From Candidatus Latescibacterota bacterium (lineage in GTDB: Bacteria > Latescibacterota > UBA2968 > GCA-2709665), in NCBI GenBank assembly GCA_965219995.1, contig CBDCOX010000002.1:96001-160000 (forward strand): a stretch of 64,000 nt of DNA, in the 5' to 3' direction. A program made the position numbers and the translations under genes. The notes beneath the pieces are model-generated. The model saw only the letters and a list, made by a program, of their open reading frames with translations. It was not told the origin of the DNA and ran no database searches. Shown one piece after another: positions 47,065 through 56,455 of the stretch; the stretch's first letter is position 1, and each line of letters begins with the position of its first letter.

Positions 47065-48552
47065 ATGTTTCGACAGGGTCGGCGGATGCGATTCATTCGT
47101 TCGAAGGTTGAGAAGGTGTTCAGGGGCTCACTCGTCCTGCTTCTGATGCCGGTTGCGGCGTATGCCCACAGCCTCGGGGCGGATTTCGACGGGGACGGCG
47201 AAGTCGGCTTTTCGGATTTCCTGCTGTTCGCCGAATCGTTCGGTTCCACGAACGTCCGCTTCGATCTGAATGACGACGGAGATGTGGATTTTAATGATTT
47301 TCTGCTGTTTGCGGCGGACTACGGCAAGGTGACGCACGAAGAGGGGGGTACGGACGTCGGCGGCGTCCGCTCCACGTTCGAGGCGGTACAGGACCACGTA
47401 TTCAATGAAAGCTGCATCAGCAGTTCCTGCCACAGTTCGGCGTGGGCGGCCGCCGGACTTTCGCTCGAACCCGACGTGGCATATGAGCAGTTGGTGGGGC
47501 GGGTGCCGCAGAACGCGAAGGCGCGGGAAGAAGGGATGCTGCTGGTCACGGCGGGGGATCCCGGAAAGAGCTTTCTGATCACGAAGCTGACCGGGTCCGG
47601 GGTGGGGTACGGCGATCGGATGCCCAGGTCGTATTCCAGTCTGAGCGGTGTCGCGATCGACGCGATCCGCGCGTGGGTCGCGGCCGGTGCGCCCCGGGAC
47701 AGCGTGGTGGCGGACGCGCCCGACCTGGACAGGGTCCTGCACAGGACGGAGTTCTACTTCCAGCCGCCCGCGCCGCCCCGTCGGGGAATTCAGCTCCACC
47801 TGAAACCCTTCGCGATCGCACCGCGTTCGGAGCGTGAGATATTCTCAACGACCCGGCTCGGGGTCGTGGAAGACCTGATGGTGAACAGGATCGAGGTGGC
47901 GCAGCCGGAGGGCAGCCATCACTTCATTCTCTACCAGGCGACCGACGAAAACCCGCCCCCGCCTGGCATTCGCGACCTGGATCCGATTGAAGCTCTCGGG
48001 ATCTTCCGGAAACGGTTTGTCGTGGGCAGCCAGTCTCCGAAGGCGGAATTCGATTTCCCCGAGGGCATTGCAATTCCGATGCCTGCCGACGCGGTCTACG
48101 AGCTGAACTCTCATTTCGTGAACACTTCGGGGGAGAACACGATCATCGGCGAGGTCTACGTCAATCTGCACGCCATGCCCGCCGACAGCGTCAGGGAGGT
48201 GGCAAAGCCCATCTTCGTGAGCAATTACGGCATATCCATTCCGCCGGGTCGAACGGAGACCACCTCGCGTAACTGGACGCTGGAGCGCGACGTCAACGTG
48301 ATCATGCTGTCCTCGCACATGCATCGCCATGGCCGCCGTTTCGATATCTTCCTGGGTGAGGAACGTATCTACCGAAGCGAGGAATGGGACGAGCCGGTGA
48401 CACTCGTATTCAATCCCGCGCTCGAGGTCAAGGCGGGAGAGCGGGTGAGGTTCGAGTGCACGCACGAAAACGACGACAAGGACTTCACCATCCGCTTCGG
48501 ATTCACCGCCGAGAACGACGAAATGTGCATTATGCTGGGATATTACTATTGA
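47065..48552 (+). CDS. Secreted protein: dockerin/EF-hand-like + c-type cytochrome-like + copper type II monooxygenase-like domains
   Basis: Signal peptide; ADFDGDGEVGFSDFLLFA x2; SCISSSCH...RMP...IRAWVAAGA; SHHFILY, SSHMHRHG, DEMC; start 47065 or 47086. Confidence 0.75.
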   Translation: MFRQGRRMRFIRSKVEKVFRGSLVLLLMPVAAYAHSLGADFDGDGEVGFSDFLLFAESFGSTNVRFDLNDDGDVDFNDFLLFAADYGKVTHEEGGTDVGGVRSTFEAVQDHVFNESCISSSCHSSAWAAAGLSLEPDVAYEQLVGRVPQNAKAREEGMLLVTAGDPGKSFLITKLTGSGVGYGDRMPRSYSSLSGVAIDAIRAWVAAGAPRDSVVADAPDLDRVLHRTEFYFQPPAPPRRGIQLHLKPFAIAPRSEREIFSTTRLGVVEDLMVNRIEVAQPEGSHHFILYQATDENPPPPGIRDLDPIEALGIFRKRFVVGSQSPKAEFDFPEGIAIPMPADAVYELNSHFVNTSGENTIIGEVYVNLHAMPADSVREVAKPIFVSNYGISIPPGRTETTSRNWTLERDVNVIMLSSHMHRHGRRFDIFLGEERIYRSEEWDEPVTLVFNPALEVKAGERVRFECTHENDDKDFTIRFGFTAENDEMCIMLGYYY

Positions 48553-48617
48553 GCGGGCCGGGAACGGCCTGCCAGGGAAGGATGAATGACGGAGGAAGAC
48601 CAAGGCGGGCCGGGTCC

Positions 48618-49388
48618 CTACGCGACGTTTCGCATGACTTCGTCGAACAGAGTCCCGTTGGTGGAAATGGCTTCGCCGCCCGCGATGGTCGCGTTTCCAC
48701 TCCAGTCGGTAAAGGTGCCGCCCGCTTCTTCCAGAATGGGCTGAAGTGCGGCGCAGTCCCACACGGCCATAATGGGGTCCAGCATGATCTCGGCGCGGCC
48801 GGTGGCGACCAGGATGTGTCCGTAGCAGTCCCCCCACCCCCTGCAATAGGCGACTCTTCCCGCGAGGTTTCGGTACTCGCCATCCCTGCCGAATTCTGCG
48901 AACGACTCAAAGTCGGTGGCGCACAGGAGAGCGTCTTCCAGGCGTGAGACCGTGGAGACGCTCGCCGGGCGGCCGTTCCAGGTGCAGCCCGAGCCCCTGG
49001 CCGCGCAAACCATCTCGTTCATGGCGGGAAGGTGGACCACGCCGACGGACGGGACGCCATCGATTTCCACGCAGATCATCACGCCGTAGAACGGAACGCC
49101 GTGAACGAACGACTTCGTACCGTCAATCGGGTCGATGATCCAGCGGCGGCCGGTGCGGCCGGCGTGATCTCCAAACTCTTCGCCGACGATGGCGTCGTCC
49201 GGAAAACGGTCCTGTATCAGCCCCGCGATCCTTCGTTCCGCGGCACGGTCGGCTTCAGTTACGGGGCTGTCGTCGGATTTCGTGTCGACCTGGACGCCGG
49301 TCTGAAAGTATCGCAGGGTAATGCGTCCGGCCTGCCAGGCCGCGTGGGTGCTGAAGGCCAGGAGATCCTGAAGAGACGGCTCTGCCAT
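48618..49388 (-). CDS. hisN: Histidinol-phosphatase (inositol monophosphatase family)
   Basis: SPVTEADR, GEEFG, WIIDPIDGTKSFVHGVP, RGWGDCYG, WDCAAL. Confidence 0.8.
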   Translation of the reverse strand: MAEPSLQDLLAFSTHAAWQAGRITLRYFQTGVQVDTKSDDSPVTEADRAAERRIAGLIQDRFPDDAIVGEEFGDHAGRTGRRWIIDPIDGTKSFVHGVPFYGVMICVEIDGVPSVGVVHLPAMNEMVCAARGSGCTWNGRPASVSTVSRLEDALLCATDFESFAEFGRDGEYRNLAGRVAYCRGWGDCYGHILVATGRAEIMLDPIMAVWDCAALQPILEEAGGTFTDWSGNATIAGGEAISTNGTLFDEVMRNVA

Positions 49389-49486
49389 GGGCGTCTCCTT
49401 CCATTCCGGGTGAAACGGATTGTCTCTGTCGGGACGGTTGCCGCCGCCCGACGGTATGGAGGCGGAGTTGCTCCGTACGTGGCTGG

Positions 49487-49515
49487 AATGTATGCTGGCT
49501 GCGGAAGGAAGTCAA
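49487..49515 (-). promoter_or_regulatory. Sigma70 promoter for hisN
   Basis: TTGACT-17-TACATT on the minus strand. Confidence 0.6.
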
Positions 49516-49544
49516 GTCTTCGGCGGCAGTGAGAAGAGTTCCGC

Positions 49545-49718
49545 TTGCATTTTCCGAACGGAATGTCTATATTTGTTCTTGGAGGCTGGATCTTCAGGAT
49601 TCAACCTTTAAAAGTGCCTTGAATCTACGGAAGGGTGACCCAACCGGAAGTTATTCCACAGGTTTCTGTGGAACTTCGTCAATAATTTTCGGCGCCTGGT
49701 AGGTTAGGCGCTTTTTTT
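49545..49718 (+). ncRNA. Candidate ~140-nt small RNA or leader with its own promoter and terminator
   Basis: TTGCAT-17-TATATT (49545-73); hairpins GATTCAA/TTGAATC and TTCCACAG/CTGTGGAA; terminator GCGCCT...AGGCGC + T7. Confidence 0.6.
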
Positions 49719-49826
49719 ATCCCCATGCGGGGTCTTGCCGGGCCGGGGCGCCGAAGGGTCCTGGCGCACGGAGACCCGGCGGACCCGCGACGGGTCCGCC
49801 CATCGCGAACCGGAAGGGACGAACAA

Positions 49827-50600
49827 ATGCTGAACGTCGAGATTGTGGAACCCGAGGAAGTACGGAAGGCGGCCCGGATCTTTCACCGGGACGGATTTGT
49901 CGTGATGCGAAACGCACTGACGGCCGAACAGCTGGCTTACGCGAGGTCGGGGGCGGAACGCGTTGTCGCGGAACAGACCGCGGTCATTCCGCTCGAGGAC
50001 GCGAACCGCGGGTACGCGCGTTACTCTTTCGGACCCCAACTCCACCACCCGGAATGGGCCCAACTGATTGATTTACAAACGGTTTTTCCGGTTCTGGAAG
50101 CGATATGGGGAAGCAGTGACTTTCACTGCTGGGGCGGTGGAGGAGATTATTCGCTGCCCGGCGCGAAAATCCAGAAACTGCACGCGGATATCACCGACAT
50201 GCTCCACGACCCCCAGGGACGGGTAAACGTGATGGACCTGCCCACGCCGGTTATCGTGGTGAATTTCCCCATGGTGGATTTCAGGGAGATCAATGGCGCG
50301 ACGCGCTATGTCCCCGCCACCCACCGCAACCGGGACCCGGCGCCAGGGCTTGAGGAGGAGCCGGATTGGATGAAGCGATCGATTGTATGCGGACCCGCCG
50401 GAGGGGCGGTGATTCGTGATATCCGGTGCTGGCACGGCGGAACGGCCAACAGGTCGGACGAGGCGCGCGCGATGACCAGTGTGGGCTATGCGGCGCCGTG
50501 GTTTCTGTGGCTCAGAAGGGAGATGCCCCTGCCCCGGTGCGTGTACGACTCCCTCTCGGAACGGGCGAAGGAACTGACGCGATTCATCGTGGAAATCTGA
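49827..50600 (+). CDS. Phytanoyl-CoA dioxygenase-family (2OG-Fe(II)) protein
   Basis: FHRDGFVV, QKLHAD, NGATRYVP, WHGGTANRS..R. Confidence 0.88.
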   Translation: MLNVEIVEPEEVRKAARIFHRDGFVVMRNALTAEQLAYARSGAERVVAEQTAVIPLEDANRGYARYSFGPQLHHPEWAQLIDLQTVFPVLEAIWGSSDFHCWGGGGDYSLPGAKIQKLHADITDMLHDPQGRVNVMDLPTPVIVVNFPMVDFREINGATRYVPATHRNRDPAPGLEEEPDWMKRSIVCGPAGGAVIRDIRCWHGGTANRSDEARAMTSVGYAAPWFLWLRREMPLPRCVYDSLSERAKELTRFIVEI

Positions 50601-50709
50601 TCGGGAGGATTTGGGGACCCGGCCCTGATGAGACGGATCGCAGTACACCGGAACATTGGCCTTCGGATTTCTTCGGTGCCTGTTCCCGTCGAACGAAAGC
50701 CAGTCGCAA

Positions 50710-50741
50710 AAGCGGGGCGCAACTTTGGTTGCGCCCCGCTT
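50710..50741. terminator. Bidirectional terminator between convergent genes
   Basis: AAGCGGGGCGCAAC-TTTG-GTTGCGCCCCGCTT perfect hairpin. Confidence 0.75.
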
Positions 50742-50749
50742 GTCTTTCG

Positions 50750-51769
50750 TCATGCGACGTATCCGATTTCTTGCAGTGAGACCTGTTTGCCGGTGTTGTG
50801 CGCTCTGCCGGCCGCCTCGGAAACGGCGACGCTTTCCAGGATTTCAGGGTAGGCAACCGGGGACCGGCGGGTTTCAACCATTTTTCGGATCAGCTTGATG
50901 TTTTCGCACGCGCCGTAGGGAAAGACGTAGTCGCCGAGAGGCGCTGAATGGATGTCGCCCATATTGCCGAATGCGCTGGCGTAGAAGGCGCAGTGACAGG
51001 TATCTCCCGTGTCGCAGGAAAGCATCGCCCCGCATCGGGGAAAGCGGGTTTCGCCGGGGTAGATGAGGTGCATGAAGCCGCCCGTGTTTTCTCCCATGGA
51101 TTCCACGGCGCGTACCCCTGGCCCGAACAGGTTCTGAGCCAGGCAGATGGCGTGGATCTGACCGGCCAGCGAGGGGCCGCCCCCACGGATGGAAACGAAT
51201 TCCAGATTGCCCACTTCCGGCAGACGGGCGGCGAATTGCCTGGCCTGCGGGAGGGTGTTCAGGATCGAACGTGAAAGCATCGGGGCATTGTGCCTGCGCG
51301 CCAGGTCGACAATGGCGTTGGCGTTTTCAAGATTGTTCGCGAGCGGTTTGTCGATAAAGGTGGGTACGCCTTTTTCGAGGCCGGGCCGTGCAAGTTCGAG
51401 ATGGTCGGCGCCGTCGTAGTTGCAGTCCGCGACCAGAACAAGGTCCACGTCGTCCGAAACTTCGTGAACTTCGTCGCATACCCGCGGCCGCGAGGTGAAG
51501 ACTTCCGCGAAGACCTCTCCCACGCCGGGGTGTTCGTCCCAGACGCGGACGATTTCGAAATCGTGCAGGCGCGGAACGGTCATGCGCGCGGGATCGCTGT
51601 AGAACGTATAGAAGTAGAAGTGGGCTCCGCCGGTCATCCAGCTGTAGGGCGCCCCGGCGCTGTCTTCCATGGGTTTCTGCAGGCGCAGGGGATCGTGTTC
51701 GGCCATCAGCGCGCTGTAATACATCCCATGCATGTCGCAGCGGATCAGACCGACTCGGATTTTCTCCAT
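50750..51769 (-). CDS. Gfo/Idh/MocA-family oxidoreductase
   Basis: KIRVGLI, HLELARPGLEKGVPTFIDKPLA. Confidence 0.8.
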   Translation of the reverse strand: MEKIRVGLIRCDMHGMYYSALMAEHDPLRLQKPMEDSAGAPYSWMTGGAHFYFYTFYSDPARMTVPRLHDFEIVRVWDEHPGVGEVFAEVFTSRPRVCDEVHEVSDDVDLVLVADCNYDGADHLELARPGLEKGVPTFIDKPLANNLENANAIVDLARRHNAPMLSRSILNTLPQARQFAARLPEVGNLEFVSIRGGGPSLAGQIHAICLAQNLFGPGVRAVESMGENTGGFMHLIYPGETRFPRCGAMLSCDTGDTCHCAFYASAFGNMGDIHSAPLGDYVFPYGACENIKLIRKMVETRRSPVAYPEILESVAVSEAAGRAHNTGKQVSLQEIGYVA

Positions 51770-51886
51770 GACTGTTCTCCTCGAAACGACACGTCGAACG
51801 CGCACGACAAAGGACAAATGACGCCACCGACACCCGGGAGCGCGTAAAGTATGAAAGAAAAATCGGGAAGACAAGGATTTTTCTTC

Positions 51887-51915
51887 TTGATTACTGAACA
51901 AATGTTCAGTATATT
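51887..51915 (+). promoter_or_regulatory. Sigma70 promoter with a palindromic operator (LexA/Cheo-box-like) in its spacer
   Basis: TTGATT-17-TATATT; TACTGAACA-AA-TGTTCAGTA (51892-911) contains GAAC-N4-GTTC. Confidence 0.65.
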
Positions 51916-52001
51916 TTCGGGTACTGAAGGACAATACGCTCTCCACGCCAAACGGTCCCTTTACAACAGGTCGGGTACCTTCAGTTCACGGAGGTCGGCT
52001 C

Positions 52002-52859
52002 ATGTCTGCTGTTCGAACACACGTCGCTCGTCTTGCGTCGGATGAAAAATCGCTGGAAGTTTACTACAGGGAGGTGGATCGCCACCCGCGAATCGATTCG
52101 GCCGCGGAGCGGGAGCTTGCGGCAAGGATCGAGGCGGGAGATGACGCGGCGCTCGAGGCGCTTGTCAATGCCAACCTCCGCTTTGTCATTCATATCGCCA
52201 GGGGGTACCGGAATCAGGGTCTGTCGATGGGCGATCTCATCAACGAGGGCAATTTCGGACTGCTGCGGGCCGCGCGAAAATTCGACCGCCGCAAGGATTG
52301 CAGGTTCATCACCTATGCCGTCTGGTGGATCCGGCAGCACATTCTCAAGGCCCTGGACGTCCAGACTCGCCCTGTCCGCCTTCCTGCCAGCGTGCTGAAC
52401 GATTTCGGCCGCTTCAGCAAGACCGAGGCGCGCCTCGTGCAGCGCCTGGAGCGGGTCCCCGCGCCGGAAGAGGTCGCTGCCCGGTCCGGTCTGTCGGCCG
52501 GGAGGTTGAAACGCTGTCTGGATGCAGGCACAAATGCCATATCAATGGACTCGACCTGCGCCGGCGACGGCCTGAGCCTTGCGGAGACGCTGCCGGACAC
52601 GTGCGCCTCAATGGCCGACGAAGCTTTCGATGAGCAGCGCAGGGTCCGTGCCCTGATGGAAACGCTGAATGGACTGTCTGAACGGCACCGTAAAATCCTG
52701 ACGCTCTATTTCGGGATGCTCGGAGAGGAACCTGCTACGTACCAGGAGATCGGCCGCCGGATGGGCATCAGCCGCGAACGGGTGAGGCAGTTGAAAGAGG
52801 ATGCATTCGGAAAATTGCGGCACCCGTCGATTCGGACGCGCCTGGAGGCGTATCTGTAG
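52002..52859 (+). CDS. RpoD/SigA-family sigma factor lacking region 1.1 (probably a secondary sigma)
   Basis: LVNANLRFV, DLINEGNFGL, RFITYAVWWIRQ, ISRERVRQL. Confidence 0.92.
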   Translation: MSAVRTHVARLASDEKSLEVYYREVDRHPRIDSAAERELAARIEAGDDAALEALVNANLRFVIHIARGYRNQGLSMGDLINEGNFGLLRAARKFDRRKDCRFITYAVWWIRQHILKALDVQTRPVRLPASVLNDFGRFSKTEARLVQRLERVPAPEEVAARSGLSAGRLKRCLDAGTNAISMDSTCAGDGLSLAETLPDTCASMADEAFDEQRRVRALMETLNGLSERHRKILTLYFGMLGEEPATYQEIGRRMGISRERVRQLKEDAFGKLRHPSIRTRLEAYL

Positions 52860-52912
52860 TGTGAACGGGTGCGTTTTCCCGTTGCTCTGACTGCGGAGTC
52901 GGTGTGTCTGTG

Positions 52913-52945
52913 AACGGGCCGCGGCAATGCCGCGACCCGTTTTTT
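52913..52945 (+). terminator. Intrinsic terminator after the sigma gene
   Basis: AACGGGCCGCGGC-AAT-GCCGCGACCCGTT followed by T run. Confidence 0.7.
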
Positions 52946-53089
52946 CCGTCGGATCATTGCACTGAGACACCTGCTTCACCCTGTCCCCGCCATAAGCTTC
53001 AGGACGTTTGCGCTTGACGGAACCCATGAAATGCTCCAACTTATAGTCGTGTAACGCTCACTCCGTTTTCCACGTATCCCCGAGGCCGT

Positions 53090-53881
53090 TTGCCTGTGCC
53101 GGTCGTTATTTCAGCCGTTCTGGGCGCCCTGGTTTTGATATGGGGCGCGGTTTTCGCGCTTATCCGCTGGGTGAAACCGCTGTCGCAAAAGCACCTGCTG
53201 GGTTTTGGCGGGTACGTGAGCGTCGTGTCGGGGCTGACGGTTTTCCTCGTGATCCAAACGGCGCTCCAGCAGCAGGACGTGGCGATGAAGGACACCCGCG
53301 AACGCTTGGACAGGACGGTGGAGACCTTCCGCGAGAAGCTTGACGAGCAGGGCGCGAAACTCATGGACCGGACCATGGAAAAGGCGGACCTCACCAAGTC
53401 GGAGTGGGAAGTGCGCGCGGACCTGCAGGAGGAGCGGTCGCGCCACGCGCGCACGAACTCGGACCTGCGGGATACCCGGGCTCGGCTTCAACGCACGGAG
53501 GCGGCGTTAACAGACGAAGCGAACGCCCGGAACGCGTACTCGGACAGCCTGAATACCGAACGCGCGCAGAGGCGGAATACGGAGGCGCTCCTGTCCAGGG
53601 AGGGTGCGCGCCTCAAGGCAACGCTCGGAGAGCTCGCTCGTGTACGCGAAAGCCTTGCGGCCGCCGAGGCGCGCGCCCACCGGCAGGAAAACGAACTGGC
53701 CATGGTGCGTAATTCCCTGCAGCGCGCCGAGCAGAGGGTCAAGGACGCGCTGAGGAACGCGTCCACGGCACAGAACGACCTCATCGAAACCATGATCAGG
53801 CAGGTCAAGGCGGCTGAGACCCTGCAGGCTGCCGTCGACTCCATCTACGGAAAGGTGATGAAACGTCCCCGCAATCCGTAA
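53090..53881 (+). CDS. Hypothetical membrane protein: 2 TM + long coiled coil
   Basis: Two hydrophobic N-terminal segments, then ~200 aa of heptad-rich helix. Confidence 0.75.
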   Translation: MPVPVVISAVLGALVLIWGAVFALIRWVKPLSQKHLLGFGGYVSVVSGLTVFLVIQTALQQQDVAMKDTRERLDRTVETFREKLDEQGAKLMDRTMEKADLTKSEWEVRADLQEERSRHARTNSDLRDTRARLQRTEAALTDEANARNAYSDSLNTERAQRRNTEALLSREGARLKATLGELARVRESLAAAEARAHRQENELAMVRNSLQRAEQRVKDALRNASTAQNDLIETMIRQVKAAETLQAAVDSIYGKVMKRPRNP

Positions 53882-53966
53882 GCTCTTACGCGCGGGACAG
53901 AACACGGATTTCGATACACACCACCGCGGTTCACCCGGCGTGAATCCGCCCAATTCGGAGGCAGAC

Positions 53967-54833
53967 GTGAACAAAGGACCCGATCCATCCGGCGACAGGA
54001 AGCGTATCGTTATCGCCGTCGGCTTTCTGGCGGCATTGCTGGTTGTTCTCTTGTTGACGGTCTGGAAGCCCGATACGGTTCCGGAAGTCGACCCCCAGGT
54101 TGTGCAACTGGAGAGCGATATTGCGCTGTATACCGGCCAGATCGATTCGCTGAACGCACTCGTGGATGAAATGGATTCGCGTATCGATGCGATGCGCGCC
54201 CACGTGGACAGCGCAAAGGTGTCCAACAGGAAACTCCTGACGTCGCTTCACAGGGTCACAAGTGAAATGAAGGAGTACCAGGCGCTCTACCGCAGACAGA
54301 AGGAGATGAACGAAAAGCTGGTTGCCGAGCTCAAACAGATGAGGGGGGAGAAAGACGCGGCAACGGCGGCAGTCCGGGAGTTGAAGATCGAGGTTGACAC
54401 GCTGAACAAATTGCTGCACGACAAGACGACCCGCCTGATCAGGCTGGAGTCCAGCCTCAGGGAGGCCGTTGAGCAGGCGCAGACCATGCAGGAGACCGCC
54501 ACGTCCGTGCTGGTCTACGCCGGCACGGAAGACGCGCTGAAAGAGGCAGGATATCTGAAGACGTCGCGTGGGTTTACCATCAGGAAGAATTACAGACTCG
54601 TCGGCTTTCCCGACGTGACCGACGAACAGAGCCTGGATACGGTCAAGAGGGTGTCCATCGGCGCGACAATCGCGGTTCCGGGCGAACTCGCGGCGCTGTG
54701 CGACCGGCACGGCAAGCTGAGCAAACGAAAGGAATACCGGGCCAGCAAGGGGCCCGAGGGGCAGACGATGGTCACGTTCTGGGACTCAACGTTGATTGGG
54801 CAGCGCGTGCTGGCAGTGATCAAGAAAGAATAG
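53967..54833 (+). CDS. TM-anchored coiled-coil protein with C-terminal globular domain (resembles Bacteroidota Cbp1-like family)
   Basis: Single TM, coiled coil, VYAGTEDALKEAGYL motif; GGAGG before GTG 53967. Confidence 0.65.
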   Translation: MNKGPDPSGDRKRIVIAVGFLAALLVVLLLTVWKPDTVPEVDPQVVQLESDIALYTGQIDSLNALVDEMDSRIDAMRAHVDSAKVSNRKLLTSLHRVTSEMKEYQALYRRQKEMNEKLVAELKQMRGEKDAATAAVRELKIEVDTLNKLLHDKTTRLIRLESSLREAVEQAQTMQETATSVLVYAGTEDALKEAGYLKTSRGFTIRKNYRLVGFPDVTDEQSLDTVKRVSIGATIAVPGELAALCDRHGKLSKRKEYRASKGPEGQTMVTFWDSTLIGQRVLAVIKKE

Positions 54834-54859
54834 GCCGCGGATTCCAGGGACGCGAAAAC

Positions 54860-54889
54860 CGGCCGTCGTGTTCGACGGTCGTTTTTTTT
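54860..54889 (+). terminator. Intrinsic terminator
   Basis: CGGCCGTCG-TGTT-CGACGGTCG + T8. Confidence 0.7.
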
Positions 54890-54953
54890 ACGTGTGCCAG
54901 GCCGGAACAGGCGAGTACCTGGCGCACCTGGCAATGGAGCGAGCGGCGGAGGA

Positions 54954-55376
54954 CTACCACATGTGGACAAACACCGCGGGTCGGACCTTTTCTCCGGTGG
55001 GTGCCGTGGAGAGCAGCGAGTCGGCGTAGGCCGCGTGTCTGACCATGTAGTCCCGGCTGCCGCCGCGCAGGAAGAGGTGGAGATTGCGGTCGGGCTGGGC
55101 GATGAGCCCTGCGGTGAGGCGCTCGAACTCACCGGGTCGAAGCAGCCGTTCGACGGATTTTCCGTCGCTGGAAAGACCGGCGCCCCTTGCCGTGTAGATG
55201 AGCACCAGGTCCTCGGACCTGGGGTCGTGGTGGTGGACCCGCCAGACAGGCTGCGCGACGTTCAGGATCATAATGCCGAGGGTGAGCATAAGCATCATGA
55301 TTCCAAGGAACAGCTCCTTGCTGACGTCGTGTTCCTCCGCCTGCGTCGCGGCGCGCTGTAAGAATCGGCCTCTCAA
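54954..55376 (-). CDS. Small single-TM protein, ExbD/TolR-like partner
   Basis: Overlaps the upstream MotA/ExbB stop; one TM preceded by an acidic residue (SKELFLGIMMLMLTLGIMIL). Confidence 0.6.
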   Translation of the reverse strand: MRGRFLQRAATQAEEHDVSKELFLGIMMLMLTLGIMILNVAQPVWRVHHHDPRSEDLVLIYTARGAGLSSDGKSVERLLRPGEFERLTAGLIAQPDRNLHLFLRGGSRDYMVRHAAYADSLLSTAPTGEKVRPAVFVHMW

Positions 55377-56170
55377 CGGATATTGTCCTCCTGGTCGTCT
55401 CTCAGCGCCAGCCAGGCCCGTTCAATAGCGCCGATGCGCCCCAACAGAATGTCGATGCATTTTCTCAACGGCAGATAGGCCAGCAGGGCAATCAGGGTGG
55501 TCTTGAAGGCCAGGGTCAGCCCGTCGGCCATATCGCGGAGCACTTTGAACGTCTCGGTGGCTTCGTCCAGGCGACTGAGTTCCTGCGCCATGAGCAGGAT
55601 TCCGCACACCGTTCCGAGATATCCGTAAAAGGGGATGCGGCTCAGTGCGCGATGTCCGAGGAGCAGCCGTTCGCCGATAACGCCGATGAGGTCGGTTACC
55701 AGCTCGTCGTCCCGGGCTTTCAGATCCGTATATGCGTGCGTTTCTTCCCTGAGGTCTTTCAGGCCAGCCCGTCGTCGTGAAAGCAGGGTGGGTGGCCGCG
55801 GGGCGGACGGCGCGCCGCGTAGCGCCTCCTCTTCAACGCGAATCCGCAACCATATATGGACAATGACGGAAAGGTGCGCCGTCGAGGCGGCAAGAATGAG
55901 CGCGTATGCCGAGCGGCCGACCCATTCGATCCAGCTCTCCGGCAACGCGACATACATGTAGTAATAGATGCCCAGTGCGGCGATGCCGAACCCCGCAAGG
56001 CCCCCCAGCACTCCGCTGGTCAGTCTGGCGTTGTATGCCGGAAGTCCATACCGCAGTTCTTCGCGGCAGATGGAAACCATCTCCTGGATCAGCGTGAGCG
56101 CGCCTGCCATGGCGCATACGGAGACGAAGACCACCGTGATCAGGATCTCAAACCAGGCTAAACTTTCCAC
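55373..56170 (-). CDS. MotA/TolQ/ExbB proton-channel family protein
   Basis: IPFYGYLGTVCGI and GLTLAFKTTLIALL; extra N-terminal TMs. Confidence 0.8.
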   Translation of the reverse strand: MESLAWFEILITVVFVSVCAMAGALTLIQEMVSICREELRYGLPAYNARLTSGVLGGLAGFGIAALGIYYYMYVALPESWIEWVGRSAYALILAASTAHLSVIVHIWLRIRVEEEALRGAPSAPRPPTLLSRRRAGLKDLREETHAYTDLKARDDELVTDLIGVIGERLLLGHRALSRIPFYGYLGTVCGILLMAQELSRLDEATETFKVLRDMADGLTLAFKTTLIALLAYLPLRKCIDILLGRIGAIERAWLALRDDQEDNIR

Positions 56171-56196
56171 GACCCGTACTCTCCCTGTAGAAAATC

Positions 56197-56451
56197 AACC
56201 TCAATTCGAAAAAAGAAGACCGAAAAAATGGCCACAAAAAGCACAAAAGGCACAAAAAGCATCCGTGCAAAGCGGCGTGTGTCGTAACGCGGTGACCCTG
56301 CAGTTATATCCTCACCGGGCCGAAAAGGTCGTCCGGAAGCACATTTTTTCCGTTCACGTCCAGTGGCCTGAAGGATTCTGGAAATCCGATGTTAAATCGC
56401 CTTTATCAACTTGCGTATATTCGAATTAACGTCCCCCAAAAATGATAAATC
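56197..56451. repeat. 255-bp dispersed element, copy 2 (family B)
   Basis: About 90% identical, same orientation, to 2086..2340. Confidence 0.9.
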
Positions 56452-56455
56452 CTGG

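Noticed and set aside
49650-49675. TTATTCCACAG/CTGTGGAAC as DnaA boxes or oriC
   Set aside because: Two or more mismatches each, only one pair, no oriC context; better explained as an RNA hairpin
54954-56170. Zorya ZorAB or flagellar MotAB assignment
   Set aside because: No OmpA domain on the partner, no long ZorA tail, no zorC/D/E or flagellar genes
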